DNA from: an uncultured delta proteobacterium
GTDB lineage: Bacteria; Myxococcota; Myxococcia; Myxococcales; Myxococcaceae
Direction of reading: 5' to 3'
Assembly (NCBI GenBank): GCA_963776345.1
Contig: CAVZMH010000022.1
Span: 96,001 to 160,000 of the forward strand
DNA length: 64,000 bases
Positions within the stretch are counted from its first letter, which is position 1; the number at the start of each line of letters is the position of its first letter. The position numbers and the translations under genes were made by a program. Of this stretch, positions 39,742 through 50,849 are shown piece after piece. The notes below the pieces were generated by a model. It searched no databases. It was not told the origin of the DNA and was given only the letters and a program-made list of their open reading frames with translations.

Positions 39742-41237
39742 CCGCGGTCCGCCAGCCCGGCCACCTCGGTGGCGTGCGGGCGGTAGGGGCCCGGGCGGTC
39801 GCCGCAGAGCCTGGGGGTGGGGAAGACCTTGCTCGGGTTGAAGGTGGTCCCCGGGTCGAAGGCGCAGCGCACCTTGGCCATGGTGTCCAGGTCCGCCTCG
39901 GTGAACATCTCGGCCATGAAGGGCGCCTTGTCCGCGCCCACTCCGTGCTCGCCGGTGATCGAGCCGCCATAGCGGATGCAGATGCGGAGGATCTCCCCCG
40001 CCAGCTCCTCGGCCGCGTGCTCCTGTCCGGGGACCTTGGCGTCGTAGAGCACCAGGGGATGCAGGTTGCCGTCGCCGGCGTGGAAGACGTTGGCCACCCG
40101 GAGCCCGCGCTCCTCGGAGAGCCGGGCGATCTCCGCCAGCACCCGGGCGATGTCGTTCCGGGGGATGACCCCGTCCTGCACGATGTAGTTGGGCGCGAGC
40201 CGACCCATGGCCGCGAAGGCGCTCTTCCGGCCCTTCCACATCAGCAGCCGCTCGTCGTCGTTCTTCGGGACGCGCACCTCGAGCGCGCCGGTCCGCCGGG
40301 CGATGGACACCGCCACGTCCGCGGTGTGCTCCGCCTCGGCCGCGCACCCGTCCACGTCCATGAGCAGCGCCGCGCCCACGTCCGGCCAGTCCAGCCCGGT
40401 CGCCGCGACCGCCGCCCGGATGGCGAGACGGTCCATCATCTCGATGGCCGCCGGAACGATGCCCGTGCCGATGATCTCCCCGACGCAGTTCCCGGCCTCG
40501 GTGGTGGAGGGGAAGGTGGCGAAGAAGGTGCGGGTGGCCTCGGGCTTGCGGAGGATCCGGAGCACCACCTCGGTGACCACCCCCAGCGTCCCCTCGCTGC
40601 CGACCACCACCCCGACCAGGTCGTAGCCGGGCGTGTCCAGCGCCGGGCCGCCCAGGTCCACCACCTCGCCGGCCGCGGTCACCAGCCGGACGCCGCGGAC
40701 GTGATTCACGGTGAAGCCGTACTTGAGGCAGTGCGCGCCGCCCGAGTTCTCGGCCACGTTGCCGCCGATGGTGCACACGCCCTGCGAGGAGGGGTCCGGC
40801 GCGTAGTAGTAGCCCGCCGGCGAAATCTCCTTGCTCACGTCGAGGTTGATGACCCCCGGCTGGACGCGGATCCATCCGTCGTCGAGGTCCACCTCGAGGA
40901 TTCGCTTCATCCGCGAGAGCCCGAGCAGCAGGCACCCAGGCACGGGCAGCGCTCCGCCCGACAGCCCGGTCCCGGCGCCGCGCGGGACGATGGGCATTCC
41001 CGCCTCGACCGCGATGCGCACCACCGCGGCGACCTCCTCGGTCGAGGCAGGCAGCACCACCACGCTCGGGGCGGCGCGGAAGCTGGCGAGCGCGTCGCAC
41101 TCGTAGGTGCGCAGGTCCGCCGGGTCGCGGATGACGTTCCTCTCGCCCACCACCGCGACCAGCCGGTCGATCACCCCGGCCGGCGCCGGGATGGGCGCGG
41201 GGGCCGGGGCGGAAGTGACCAGCGACGGGGAGGACAT
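39738..41237 (-). CDS. glcD: Glycolate oxidase subunit
   Basis: RGAGTGLSGG, PDPSS, HAGDGNLHP, GEHGVG. Confidence 0.9.
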   Translation of the reverse strand: MSSPSLVTSAPAPAPIPAPAGVIDRLVAVVGERNVIRDPADLRTYECDALASFRAAPSVVVLPASTEEVAAVVRIAVEAGMPIVPRGAGTGLSGGALPVPGCLLLGLSRMKRILEVDLDDGWIRVQPGVINLDVSKEISPAGYYYAPDPSSQGVCTIGGNVAENSGGAHCLKYGFTVNHVRGVRLVTAAGEVVDLGGPALDTPGYDLVGVVVGSEGTLGVVTEVVLRILRKPEATRTFFATFPSTTEAGNCVGEIIGTGIVPAAIEMMDRLAIRAAVAATGLDWPDVGAALLMDVDGCAAEAEHTADVAVSIARRTGALEVRVPKNDDERLLMWKGRKSAFAAMGRLAPNYIVQDGVIPRNDIARVLAEIARLSEERGLRVANVFHAGDGNLHPLVLYDAKVPGQEHAAEELAGEILRICIRYGGSITGEHGVGADKAPFMAEMFTEADLDTMAKVRCAFDPGTTFNPSKVFPTPRLCGDRPGPYRPHATEVAGLADRG

Positions 41238-41246
41238 GTCCCCTTC

Positions 41247-42809
41247 CTAGTCGAGATAGCGGTACGCCGGCAGGGTGAGGAACTCGGGGAAGGTCTTGGT
41301 CAGCACCAGGCTGTCGAGGATCTCCGCCGCCTCGCGGTAGCGGCCGGGCCCGGACTCGGTCAGCCGCGCCAGCTGCGCGTCACGGGTGGTCCGGTACATC
41401 GCCTCGCTCGCCGGGCGGCCGTCGTCGAGCTTCGCCCCGTGGTGGATCCACTGCCAGAGCTGGGCGCGGGAGATCTCCGCGGTCGCCGCGTCCTCCATCA
41501 GGTTGTAGATGGCAGCGGCGCCGTTCTCCAGGAGCCAGGAGTTGATGTACTGGAGCGCCACGTCGACGTTGAGGCGGAAGCCGGCCTCGGTGATCTTCCC
41601 GTCGGGCACGCGCGGGTCCACGAGCTGCGCCGCGGTGACCTGGACCTCGGAGCGGAGGCGCTCCTTCTGGTTGTCCTTGGGCCCCAGCTTCTGGTCGAAG
41701 ACCTCCTTCGCCGTGGGGACGAGGTCGGGATGCGCGACCCAGGTGCCGTCGAAGCCGTCGTTCACCTCGCGCAGCTTGTCCTCGCGCACCTTGGCCAGCG
41801 CCTTCTCGTTGATCTCGGGGTTCTTCCGGCTGGGGATGAACGGCGCCATGCCGCCCATCGCGTGCGCGCCGTGGGTGTGGCACGACTTGACCAGCAGCTC
41901 GGTGTAGGCGCGCATGAACGGCACGGTCATGCCCACCTGCACCCGGTCCGGGAGGACCAGGTCCTTCCGGTTCCGGAACTTCTTGATGAAGGAGAACATG
42001 TAGTCCCAGCGGCCGGCGTTGAGACCGCTGGCGTGCTCGCGAAGCTCGTAGAGCATCTCCTCCATCTCGAAGGCGGCGGGCAGGGTCTCGATCAGCATCG
42101 TGGCCCGGATGCTGCCCCGCGGGATCTTCAGCGCCTCCTGCGCGGCGACGAACACCTCGTTCCACAGCCGCGCCTCGAGGTGGCTCTCCATCTTCGGGAG
42201 GTAGAAGTACGGGCCGGTGCCGCGGTCGAGCAGCTCGCGGGCGTTGTGGAAGAAGTAGAGCCCGAAGTCGAAGAGGCTGGCGCTGATCGGCGTGCCGTCG
42301 ATGGTGACGTGCTTCTCCGGGAGGTGCCACCCGCGCGGACGCACCAGCAGCACTGCGGTCCGGTCGTTCAGCCGGTAGCTCTTGCCGCCCGACTCGAGCG
42401 AGATGGTGCGGCGGATGGATTCGATGCAGTTCTGCTGGCCGAGCGTCACGTTCCGCCACGAGGGCGAGAGCGAGTCCTCGAAGTCGGCCATGAACACGTC
42501 CGCCCCCGAGTTGAGGGCGTTGATCATCATCTTCCGCTCGGTGGGGCCGGTGATCTCCACGTGACGGCGCTGGAGGTCCTTGGGGGTCGGCGCCACCTTC
42601 CAGTCGCCGCCGCGGATGCTCTTGGTGGAGGGGAGGAAGTCCGGCATCTCGCCGCGGTCGAACGCCTTCTGGCGCTCGGCCCGGGCGGCGAGCAGCTCCT
42701 GACGCCGCGCCTCGAAGCGGCGGTGCAACGGCTCGAGGAAGGCCAGGGCGTCCCTCGAAAGCACCTTCTCGGCGCCTTCCGGAGCGGAGGTCAGGACGTT
42801 GAGGGCCAT
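41247..42809 (-). CDS. aceB: Malate synthase A
   Basis: [43 protein letters not shown]. Confidence 0.95.
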   Translation of the reverse strand: MALNVLTSAPEGAEKVLSRDALAFLEPLHRRFEARRQELLAARAERQKAFDRGEMPDFLPSTKSIRGGDWKVAPTPKDLQRRHVEITGPTERKMMINALNSGADVFMADFEDSLSPSWRNVTLGQQNCIESIRRTISLESGGKSYRLNDRTAVLLVRPRGWHLPEKHVTIDGTPISASLFDFGLYFFHNARELLDRGTGPYFYLPKMESHLEARLWNEVFVAAQEALKIPRGSIRATMLIETLPAAFEMEEMLYELREHASGLNAGRWDYMFSFIKKFRNRKDLVLPDRVQVGMTVPFMRAYTELLVKSCHTHGAHAMGGMAPFIPSRKNPEINEKALAKVREDKLREVNDGFDGTWVAHPDLVPTAKEVFDQKLGPKDNQKERLRSEVQVTAAQLVDPRVPDGKITEAGFRLNVDVALQYINSWLLENGAAAIYNLMEDAATAEISRAQLWQWIHHGAKLDDGRPASEAMYRTTRDAQLARLTESGPGRYREAAEILDSLVLTKTFPEFLTLPAYRYLD

Positions 42810-43047
42810 GGGGAACTCCTTGTCGGGGGATGATGCCTGCGACGAGCGGCTCAATCTCCGACCGTTGGGGCTGGAGAGCAACGGTGTTGTGCAGGGTTTC
42901 GGCGACAAGGGGCCGGAAAGAGGCTTCGCCGCCCGGCCGTCCAGCGGGGAGGCGCCTGCGAACCGACGGGGAGTGCGGATCCGGGCCTCGGCCCTGGCTC
43001 GGGACACTGGCTCAGGGACACCGGTGGCCTCGACGGACCGCTCGCGC

Positions 43048-44793
43048 TCAGCCGCCGACGGCCACGGCCCCCGGCGAGCGCACGGGTGGCTCCGGGGCAG
43101 CCTCTCCGGCCTCGTCCCGCTCCGGGCGGCGCAGGGGAGCGACCAGCGCGCCCAGCTCGACCGAGGCGCCCTCGGCGAACAGCGTGCGGTCTGCCTTGTG
43201 GAGCAATGCCTCGAGGCCCTGACCGGTGACGGCGCTGATCGCCACCCCTCCGCGGGTGCGGACCAGCGTCTGGAGGAGCCCGGGCTCGATCCGGTCCGCC
43301 TTGTTCCACACCAGGATGCGCGGCTTGGAGAGGAGATCCAGGGTCCCGAGGATCTGCTCCACCGCCTCGATCTGCGCGTCGTGGGCTGGATCCGAGGCGT
43401 CCACCACGTGCAGGAGGAGGGAGGCGTCGTCCAGCTCCTCGAGCGTCGCCCGGAAGGCGTTCACCAGATCCGGCGGCAGGTCGCGGATGAACCCCACCGT
43501 GTCGGTGATGATGACCTCGCGCTCCTCGGGGAAGCGCAGGCGCCGGCTGGTCGGATCGAGCGTGGCGAAGAGCTTGTTCTCCACCAGCACCTCGCTGTGG
43601 GTCAGCGCGTTGAGCAGGGTGGACTTGCCGGCGTTGGTGTAGCCGACGATGGAGATGACCGGCAGCTCGCGCCGCTCCCGGCGCCCGCGGCGGACCTGCC
43701 GCTCGCGCGAGAGGTGCTCGATGCGCCGCTCGAGGTGGGCGATCCGGTCGCGCACCCGCCGGCGATCGATCTCCAGCTTGGTCTCGCCGGGTCCGCGGCC
43801 GCCGATGCCGCCGGCAAGGCGCGACAGCGAGTCGTCGCTCTGGGCCAGCCGGGGCAGGAGGTACTTCAGCTGCGCGAGCTCGACCTGGACCTTGCCGTCC
43901 GCGCTCTGGGCGCGCTGGGCGAAGATGTCGAGGATGAGCTGGGTGCGGTCCAATACCTTCAGACTGGTCTCCTCGGCGATGTGCCGGCTCTGGGACGGGC
44001 TGAGGTTGCGGTCGAAGACCAGCATGTCCGCCCCGAGCTGCATCGAGCGGAGGTTGAGCTCCTCGAGCTTGCCGCGGCCGATGAGGTAGCGCGGGTCCGG
44101 CTCGCGGCGCATCTGCAGCACCGAGTCCAGCACCTCGACCCCGGCGGTCCGGGCCAGCTCACGCAGCTCGACGAGAGACGCCTCGGCGCGGCCGCGCTGC
44201 CCGTCGAGCGCCACGCCCACCAGCATCGCCCGCTCGCGCCCGGCCACTGTGCGGGCTGCCGTGCCCTGCGCCAGCTCGTCCTCGAGCGCGCTGAGCGTCG
44301 AGGCGAGGTCCGGCTGCGGTCCGTGCACCGAGGGAAGGGTCTCCAGCCGCCAGTAGCTTCCGTCCCCGTTCGCCGGGACGAGGTGGGCGAAGTGCAGGAC
44401 GCCGGGCAGCCCGTCCGGACGGACGCCGACGGCGGCCACCAGGTCCAGCCGGAGGAGCGCCAGGTCGGTGAGGTCGTCGCGGGTCAGGGGCTCGGACTTG
44501 AGGTGGGTGTGCACCAGCCGCAGGCCGCGGAGGCGCACCTGGCCGGCGCGGGCGCGGCCGATGTCCGGGAGCTCGAGCTGGTGGGCGTTCCCCACCACCA
44601 CCTGCTCCACCTCGCCCTTCCGGTTGAGCAGCACGCCGATCTGACGGTTCGTCTGCAGCGAGAGCTCGGTGAGGTGCCGGGCCAGCTCGGCGCTGACGAT
44701 CTCGTGCGGGGAGACCCGACGGCGGTAGGTGTTGCGGAGCTGCTGCAGCTCGCTGGGCTTGAGGCCGAGGGTGTTCCCGGACAGGTCTTTCAG
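43048..44793 (-). CDS. hflX: GTPase HflX, long N-terminal type (probable CTG start; alternative ATG 44841)
   Basis: [25 protein letters not shown]. Confidence 0.93.
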   Translation of the reverse strand: MKDLSGNTLGLKPSELQQLRNTYRRRVSPHEIVSAELARHLTELSLQTNRQIGVLLNRKGEVEQVVVGNAHQLELPDIGRARAGQVRLRGLRLVHTHLKSEPLTRDDLTDLALLRLDLVAAVGVRPDGLPGVLHFAHLVPANGDGSYWRLETLPSVHGPQPDLASTLSALEDELAQGTAARTVAGRERAMLVGVALDGQRGRAEASLVELRELARTAGVEVLDSVLQMRREPDPRYLIGRGKLEELNLRSMQLGADMLVFDRNLSPSQSRHIAEETSLKVLDRTQLILDIFAQRAQSADGKVQVELAQLKYLLPRLAQSDDSLSRLAGGIGGRGPGETKLEIDRRRVRDRIAHLERRIEHLSRERQVRRGRRERRELPVISIVGYTNAGKSTLLNALTHSEVLVENKLFATLDPTSRRLRFPEEREVIITDTVGFIRDLPPDLVNAFRATLEELDDASLLLHVVDASDPAHDAQIEAVEQILGTLDLLSKPRILVWNKADRIEPGLLQTLVRTRGGVAISAVTGQGLEALLHKADRTLFAEGASVELGALVAPLRRPERDEAGEAAPEPPVRSPGAVAVGG

Positions 44794-44948
44794 GGTGCTC
44801 TCCTGGGGGCAGTCTCCTGCCCGTGTCGACGATCTAGCCATTTCCCCGCCCCTCCGCTCGTCCGAGGAGCCCGCCGGGGCAGCGAATGGACCACCGGCAT
44901 CCGTCAGCCGTCCTACCGCCCCCCACCGGTCGTGCTGCACTGTCCCGG

Positions 44949-45705
44949 GTGTTCTCCCCGAGAGCGGTCCTCGCCCTCCTCCTCCTCACCGGCTGCGCGG
45001 GCGGTCCCCCTCCGAACGTTCGCATCGAGACCGGCCCGGTTCCCGAAGGGGTCCGGCTCCATGCCCGGCCAGAGCCGGAGTTCCACCCGGCCGAGCCCGG
45101 ACTCCGGCGGCTCGGGCTGGGCTCCCCGCGAGACGCGCTCCTCTTCGTCCCGGAGGCCGCCCGAACCCGGCGCGTCCCCCTGCTGGTCATGTTCCACGGG
45201 GCCGGCGGCTCGGCAGCCCACATCTGGCCGACGGTCCGGAGCGACGCCGAGGAGCACGGGGTGGCGGTGCTCATGCCGGAGAGCCGGCAGTGGAGCTGGG
45301 ACTACAAGCTGGGCGACTTCGGCGACGACCGCCGGTTCATCGACGCCGGCACTCGCCGAGACCTTCCGCCGCGTCCCGGTGGACGCAGGCCACGTCGCGG
45401 TCGGCGGATTCTCGGCGGGAGCCACGATGGCGCTCTCGCTCGGACCGTCGAACGGCGACCTCTTCGGCTGGGTGTTCGCCTTCTCCCCGACGGGCATCGC
45501 GCTCACGGGCCGGGTGGGGCACCCCCGCTTCCTCGTCACCCACGGCACCCTGGACGAGCTGGTGCCCATCGCATCGTCCAGCCGGGCCATCGTCCCCGCG
45601 CTCCGGTCAGCCGGGTACTGGGTGGTCTTTCGCGAGCTCCCGGGCGAGCACGTGGTCTTCCCCGAAGCCGTCCACGAGGCGTTCTCGCTGCTGGTGTCCG
45701 ACTGA
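44949..45705 (+). CDS. Phospholipase/carboxylesterase family lipoprotein (frameshift near 45350)
   Basis: LLTGC lipobox, FHGAGG, GFSAG nucleophile, HGTLD, GEH. Confidence 0.8.
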
Positions 45706-45746
45706 TCGCCGCCGGTCAATCCACGCCGCCTTCGCTCCAGGCCACG

Positions 45747-46040
45747 CTACTTCGTCTTCCTCATCACCCCCGCGAACCCGGGCATGAACAGCGAGCCGTC
45801 GTCGTTGATCCGGACGGCGATCCGGTCGCCCGCGCAGGTGAGGTGAAGCTGCTTCCCGTCCTCGGTGTAGGTGCACTCGCGGGTCTCGCCGCCGAGGCCC
45901 ATGGTCGCCTTGCCACCCGACTTGATCTCGAGCATCGCGATGCCGCTCGGGTTGGTGTACGTGCCGTTCAGCTTCGAGCCGCAGGCCGTGGCGAGCCCGC
46001 ACAGCGCGAGCACCCTCACGAGCCGTCGCACCTCAGGCAT
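45747..46040 (-). CDS. Small hypothetical lipoprotein
   Basis: LATAC lipobox followed by LNGTY. Confidence 0.7.
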   Translation of the reverse strand: MPEVRRLVRVLALCGLATACGSKLNGTYTNPSGIAMLEIKSGGKATMGLGGETRECTYTEDGKQLHLTCAGDRIAVRINDDGSLFMPGFAGVMRKTK

Positions 46041-46231
46041 TCCATGCATTCGGGCTTCCTCCGGATGTTCGCCCCCGCGCCCCGGGCGGTGGGTCCCGAC
46101 GCGCGATGCGCAGGAACCCACCGTGAACCGTCACCCGGTCGGGGGCGTCAGGGCGAGATGTCTGACCCGTGGCCCCGAGAAATGAAACCCGACGGGCACC
46201 TCGAGCGTAGAAGGAGGCAGGAGGCGGAGAG

Positions 46232-46639
46232 ATGGATCCGAAGCACTTCGAGGTCGAGCACAGCGATGACGAGTGGAAGCAGCGGCTCTCGCCGGCCGCC
46301 TACGCCGTCCTCCGCCAGCACGGCACCGAGCGCGCCTTCACCAGCCCGCTGAACGGCGAGAAGCGGGCGGGCACCTTCCTCTGCGCCGGCTGCGGGCAGG
46401 CCCTCTTCTCGGCGAAGGACAAGTTCGAGAGCGGCACCGGCTGGCCGAGCTTCACCGCGCCGCTCCCGGGCGCCGTGGAGAGCGAGACCGACGAGCGCCA
46501 CGGGATGGTCCGCACCGAGGTCCACTGCGCCCGGTGCGGCGGCCACCTGGGCCACGTCTTCGAGGACGGTCCCCGTCCCACCGGCGAGCGCTTCTGCATG
46601 AACGGCGTCGCGCTCCAGTTCCGGCCAGACCCGGGCTGA
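46232..46639 (+). CDS. msrB: Peptide-methionine (R)-S-oxide reductase
   Basis: GTERAF, SGTGWPSF, HLGHVF, RFCMN, two CxxC. Confidence 0.97.
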   Translation: MDPKHFEVEHSDDEWKQRLSPAAYAVLRQHGTERAFTSPLNGEKRAGTFLCAGCGQALFSAKDKFESGTGWPSFTAPLPGAVESETDERHGMVRTEVHCARCGGHLGHVFEDGPRPTGERFCMNGVALQFRPDPG

Positions 46640-46672
46640 CGCCGGGCCCAACTCGGCTAGGGTCGGCCCGAG

Positions 46673-47217
46673 ATGGGCTCCGAGCTCCAGCAGTCGCTGG
46701 TCCGGGTCGCACCGTTCGCGGTGGGGGTCCTGATCCTCGGCCTCCTCGTCGCGGTGAGGCCCGACGCCCGCGAGCGCCTGGCCTGGAAGCCCGTTCCCGC
46801 TCGGGTGCTGGTCCGCTGGCTGCTCCTCTGGGTGGTCTGGGTCGCCGCGACCGAGCTCCTGGCCGGGGCGCTCGGCCGGCCGCCCCCGGCCCGCTTCACC
46901 GCCCACGGCGCCGCGCTCGCGGTTCGCATCGTGGGCATCGTCGGGCTCGCGCCTCTGCTCGAGGAGCTGGTGTTCCGCGGCATCCTCTTCCGGCTCCTCT
47001 TGCCGCGGGCCGGCCCTGGAGCGACGGTGGTCGGCACCGCGCTGCTCTTCGCGCTGGCTCGCACGGGCAGTACCGCGCGCTCGACCTGGTGCAGGTCCTG
47101 GCCGACGGGGTCGTGCTCGGCCTGGCCCGCCTCCGGACCGGCTCGACGCGCGTCCCGTTCTGGATGCACCTCCTCGGGAACGCGTTCGCGGTCTGGCAGC
47201 GTGTCCGGCCCTGGTGA
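46673..47217 (+). CDS. CPBP family intramembrane metalloprotease (frameshift near 47060)
   Basis: EELVFRG, FALxH, HLLGN. Confidence 0.8.
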
Positions 47218-47218
47218 G

Positions 47219-48403
47219 TCAGCGGCGCGGGGCTCCGAGGTTCGCCGCGCGCAGCCGCCGGGCCGCCTCGTCGAGCGTCGCGTCCGCCTTGCAGAAGGCG
47301 AACCGCGCCACGCAGGGCGCCCGTGAGCGGTCCAGGTAGAAGGCCGAGAGCGGGATGGCCGCCACGCCCACCCGGGTGGTGAGGTCCCGGCAGAACGCAT
47401 CGTCGTCGGCGAAGCCCCGGCCCGCCACGTCCACGCAGGCGAAGTACGCGCCCTCGGGCGACCAGGGCACCAGCCCCGTCGCGTCGAGCGTCTCGAGCAG
47501 CTTCCTCCGGCGCCGCGCGTATTCCGCCTGGAGCTGCTGGAAGTACGCGTCCGGGAGCCGCAGCGCCGCCGCCACCGCCAGCTGCAGCGGCGTGGGCACG
47601 GCGAAGGTGACGTACTGGTGCGCCCCCAGCACCGCGTCCCGCAGGCTCCGCGGCCCCATCGCCCAGCCCACCTTCCAGCCGGTGAACCCGAACGTCTTGG
47701 CCGCGCTGCTGATGGTGAGCGTGCGCTCCGCCATCCCGGGCAGGCCCGCGAGCGACCGGTGCTCGGCCCCGTCATAGGTGAGGTGCCCGTAGACTTCGTC
47801 CACCACCGTCACCGCATTCCAGCGCTGCGCGAGCGCCGCGATCTGCCGGAGCTCGCCCGCGGTGAAGACCTTCCCGGTGGGGTTGTGCGGGGTGTTGAGG
47901 AGCACCACCCGGGTCCGCGGGCCGAAGGCCGCCTCCAGCGCGCCCTCCTCGAACCACCAGCGCAGGTGCGCGGCGTCGGGCGGCCGCAGCGTCACCGGGC
48001 GGACCACGCCGCCGGCCATCGCGACGCTGGCCGCGTACGAGTCGTACACCGGCTCGAAGGCCACCACCTCGTCGCCGGGGTCCACCAGCCCCTGGACCGC
48101 GTCGAAGATGGCCTCGGTCGCGCCACAGGTGACCACCACCTCGGTGTCGGGATCGACGGTCAGGCCGAGGAAGCGCCGGGCGTGCTCCGAGATGGCCTGG
48201 CGGAGCGCCACCGCCCCGAGCCCGGGCGCGTACTGGTTCTCGCCTCGCCGGAGCGCCGCCACCGCCGCCTCGCGGACCACCTCCGGCCCGTCGAAGTCGG
48301 GGAAGCCCTGGCCGAGGTTCACCGCGCCCGAGCGGACGGCCAGCGCGCTGAATTCGGAGAAGACCGTGGGCTGGAGCGCCCGCACCCGTCCGGAGGCCTG
48401 CAC
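47219..48403 (-). CDS. Class I/II PLP aminotransferase (YbdL-like)
   Basis: NLGQGFPD, NTPHNPTG, DEVY, SAAKTF..TGWKVG. Confidence 0.9.
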   Translation of the reverse strand: MQASGRVRALQPTVFSEFSALAVRSGAVNLGQGFPDFDGPEVVREAAVAALRRGENQYAPGLGAVALRQAISEHARRFLGLTVDPDTEVVVTCGATEAIFDAVQGLVDPGDEVVAFEPVYDSYAASVAMAGGVVRPVTLRPPDAAHLRWWFEEGALEAAFGPRTRVVLLNTPHNPTGKVFTAGELRQIAALAQRWNAVTVVDEVYGHLTYDGAEHRSLAGLPGMAERTLTISSAAKTFGFTGWKVGWAMGPRSLRDAVLGAHQYVTFAVPTPLQLAVAAALRLPDAYFQQLQAEYARRRRKLLETLDATGLVPWSPEGAYFACVDVAGRGFADDDAFCRDLTTRVGVAAIPLSAFYLDRSRAPCVARFAFCKADATLDEAARRLRAANLGAPRR

Positions 48404-48479
48404 GGCATCCGACGCTACCACCCGTTGCTCAGCCTTGACGGGCCAGGGTCCTTCGTCCACAAGCTTCCGCCCCCCCGCC

Positions 48480-49481
48480 ATGGACCGTACCGAACGCCTG
48501 CTCGATCTCGTGGCGCTGCTGCTCGATGCCCACGAGCCGGTGTCCTGGGCCGAGCTCAAGGAGAGCTTCCCCGAGGACTACGGGAGCGGCAGCGACGAGG
48601 CCACCGAGCGGAAGTTCGAGCGCGACAAGGCCGAGCTCCTCGAGCTGGGCATCCCGCTCACCTACGTGCAGGGCGACGAGGACCGCAAGGACGGCTACCT
48701 CCTAGACCGGAGCGCCTACTACCTGCCCGAGCCGGGCTTCACCCCCGAGGAGATGGCGGTGCTCTACGCCGCCGGCTCGGCCGTGCTCGCCTCGGGCGCC
48801 TTCCCCGGACGGCACGACCTCCAGCACGCGCTGCGGAAGATCGGCTTCTTCGCCGGCGGCGAGCTCGCCACGCCGCGGGTGCGGATGGAGCTCGGCGCTG
48901 TCCGCGAGACCGCCGCGGTCCCCGAGCACCTCGAGACCTTGTGGGCCGCGGCCAGCGCGCGCAAGTGGGTGGAGCTCGCCTACCTCTCGCCGAGGCGGCC
49001 CGAGCCGTCGAGCAGGAAGGTCGACCCCTACGGCCTGGTCCTCCGGCGCGGCGTCTGGTCGCTGGTGGGCTTCTGCCACCTTCGCCAGGGGCTCCGGACC
49101 TTCCACGTCCATCGCATCCGGGCGCTGAAGATGAACACCGGCAAGCCGCGCACTCACGACTTCGAGGTGCCAGCGGACTTCGTCATCGACGCCCACGTGC
49201 CCCACGCCCCGTGGCAGTGGCGCATCGAGTCCCCGGTGGAGGTGCGGCTCGAGCTCCAGGGCCCGCTCGCCGCGCAGGCCGGGGCCCACTTCCCGGATGC
49301 GAAGGTGGAGCGCACCAGCAACCGCACCGAGGTGGTGCTCACCGTCACCCTGCTGGACGCGCTGCTGACGCACGTCCTCGCGCTGTGGCCGCAGGCGCGG
49401 GTGGTCTCGCCCGAGCCCGCGCGGGCGCGGTTCCGGGAGCTGGCCCGGGCGGTGGCCGCACGGCACGGAGGCAAGGCGTGA
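48480..49481 (+). CDS. HTH-WYL transcriptional regulator (PafB-like)
   Basis: ERKFERDKAELLELGIP, VDPYGL, RTFHVHRI. Confidence 0.9.
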   Translation: MDRTERLLDLVALLLDAHEPVSWAELKESFPEDYGSGSDEATERKFERDKAELLELGIPLTYVQGDEDRKDGYLLDRSAYYLPEPGFTPEEMAVLYAAGSAVLASGAFPGRHDLQHALRKIGFFAGGELATPRVRMELGAVRETAAVPEHLETLWAAASARKWVELAYLSPRRPEPSSRKVDPYGLVLRRGVWSLVGFCHLRQGLRTFHVHRIRALKMNTGKPRTHDFEVPADFVIDAHVPHAPWQWRIESPVEVRLELQGPLAAQAGAHFPDAKVERTSNRTEVVLTVTLLDALLTHVLALWPQARVVSPEPARARFRELARAVAARHGGKA

Positions 49482-50404
49482 GCGACGTCCACGAGCGGCT
49501 GCGCCGGCTCCTCTTCGTCGTGCCCTACGTCGCCCGGCACCGCGGGGTGACGGTGGACGCGCTGGCGAAGCAGCTGGGCGTGAGCCGAGAGGAGCTCCTC
49601 CGGGACCTCGAGCTGCTCACCATGGTGGGCCGCCCGCCGTTCCAGCCCGACGACTTCATCGACCTCCACGTGGAGAACGACCGCGTGTGGGTCGACCTGG
49701 ACCAGCGGTTCAGCAAGCCGCCCCGGCTGACCGGCCCCGAGGCCGCGGCGCTCGCCGCCGCGGCCGAGCTGCTCCGACCCGCCGCCCAGAGCGCGCTGGC
49801 CTCGGCGCTCGGGAAGCTGGAGAAGGTGCTCCCGGCGCAGGCCAAGCGGCTCTACCGGGAGCTGGGGAGCGCGGTGAACGCCCGCTCCCTGGCCTCGGCG
49901 GAGCTGGGCGTCCTCACCCGCGCGGTGGAGGAGCGCCGGGAGCTCGAGTTCGACTACGCCGCCCGCGGCAGCACCGCCGCCGAGCGCCGCCGGGTCGAGC
50001 CGGTGGAGGTCTTCAACCACCGCGGGCAGTGGTACCTGTACGGCTGGGACCTGGGCCGGGGCCAGGAGCGGCTCTTCCGGCTGGACCGCATGACGGACAT
50101 TCACCGGATGGACCGGACCTTCTCTCCCCGGTCGATGCCCCCGGCGCGCGTGCCGGACCCGGCCGAGCGCGGCGAGGTGCGCGTCCGCTTCACCGCCGCC
50201 GCCGCCCCGTATCTGCGCGAACGGTTCGGGGGCGAGGCCCGCGAGCTCACCGACGGCGGGGTCGAGGTGAAGGTCGCCGGTGAGGAGCGGTGGCTCGTGC
50301 AGTGGATCCTCTCCTTCGGCGGAGAGGCCGAGGTCGTCGAGCCGGCCTGGGCGCGCGAGGCGGTGTCCCGCGCCGCGCTCCGGGCGCTCGAGGAAACCCG
50401 CTAG
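49478..50404 (+). CDS. HTH-WYL transcriptional regulator (PafC-like)
   Basis: RLRRLLFVVPY, WYLYGW, RLFRLDRM; GTGA overlap. Confidence 0.9.
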   Translation: MSDVHERLRRLLFVVPYVARHRGVTVDALAKQLGVSREELLRDLELLTMVGRPPFQPDDFIDLHVENDRVWVDLDQRFSKPPRLTGPEAAALAAAAELLRPAAQSALASALGKLEKVLPAQAKRLYRELGSAVNARSLASAELGVLTRAVEERRELEFDYAARGSTAAERRRVEPVEVFNHRGQWYLYGWDLGRGQERLFRLDRMTDIHRMDRTFSPRSMPPARVPDPAERGEVRVRFTAAAAPYLRERFGGEARELTDGGVEVKVAGEERWLVQWILSFGGEAEVVEPAWAREAVSRAALRALEETR

Positions 50405-50453
50405 GCCAGGCGCTCGCCGGGCTCTTTCGAGCACCGGGTCCGACGCCGGGACC

Positions 50454-50849
50454 TCACGGGGCCGACGGCGGACACCGGAAGGCGACGCCGGTGAGGGTCG
50501 CCGAGAAGGGCCTTCCGTCCCGCTCCTTCACCGACACCGGCGAGAGGAAGATGTGCGTCGCGCCGACGGCCGCGGCTCTCGCCATGGCATCACCCGTTGC
50601 CCAGGAGACCAGCTCATCCCCCGTCGACCCGGTGGCCCGGGCCTCGCTCTGGCCGATGACGGTGCCCAGGTTCTGGCACGGCGAAGGCAGCACTCCGTTC
50701 ACCGGAATGACTCTCTGCGCCCCGGGCGTGGGCGAGGCGGTGGCGCAGCCGGTGACGCCCCAGCCAACGACCAGGAGAAGCGCGCCGAGCCGCCAGGAGA
50801 TCCAGCCTTCGTCCCGTGACCGTGCTTCACGCATGCTCGTCTCGCTCAT
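50454..50849 (-). CDS. Small lipoprotein (DUF4156-like)
   Basis: VTGC lipobox, CQNLGTV, GATH, GVAFRC. Confidence 0.7.
   Translation of the reverse strand: MSETSMREARSRDEGWISWRLGALLLVVGWGVTGCATASPTPGAQRVIPVNGVLPSPCQNLGTVIGQSEARATGSTGDELVSWATGDAMARAAAVGATHIFLSPVSVKERDGRPFSATLTGVAFRCPPSAP

Noticed and set aside
42870..42900. sigma54 promoter upstream of aceB
   Set aside because: TTGCT is present but there is no GG at the -24 position
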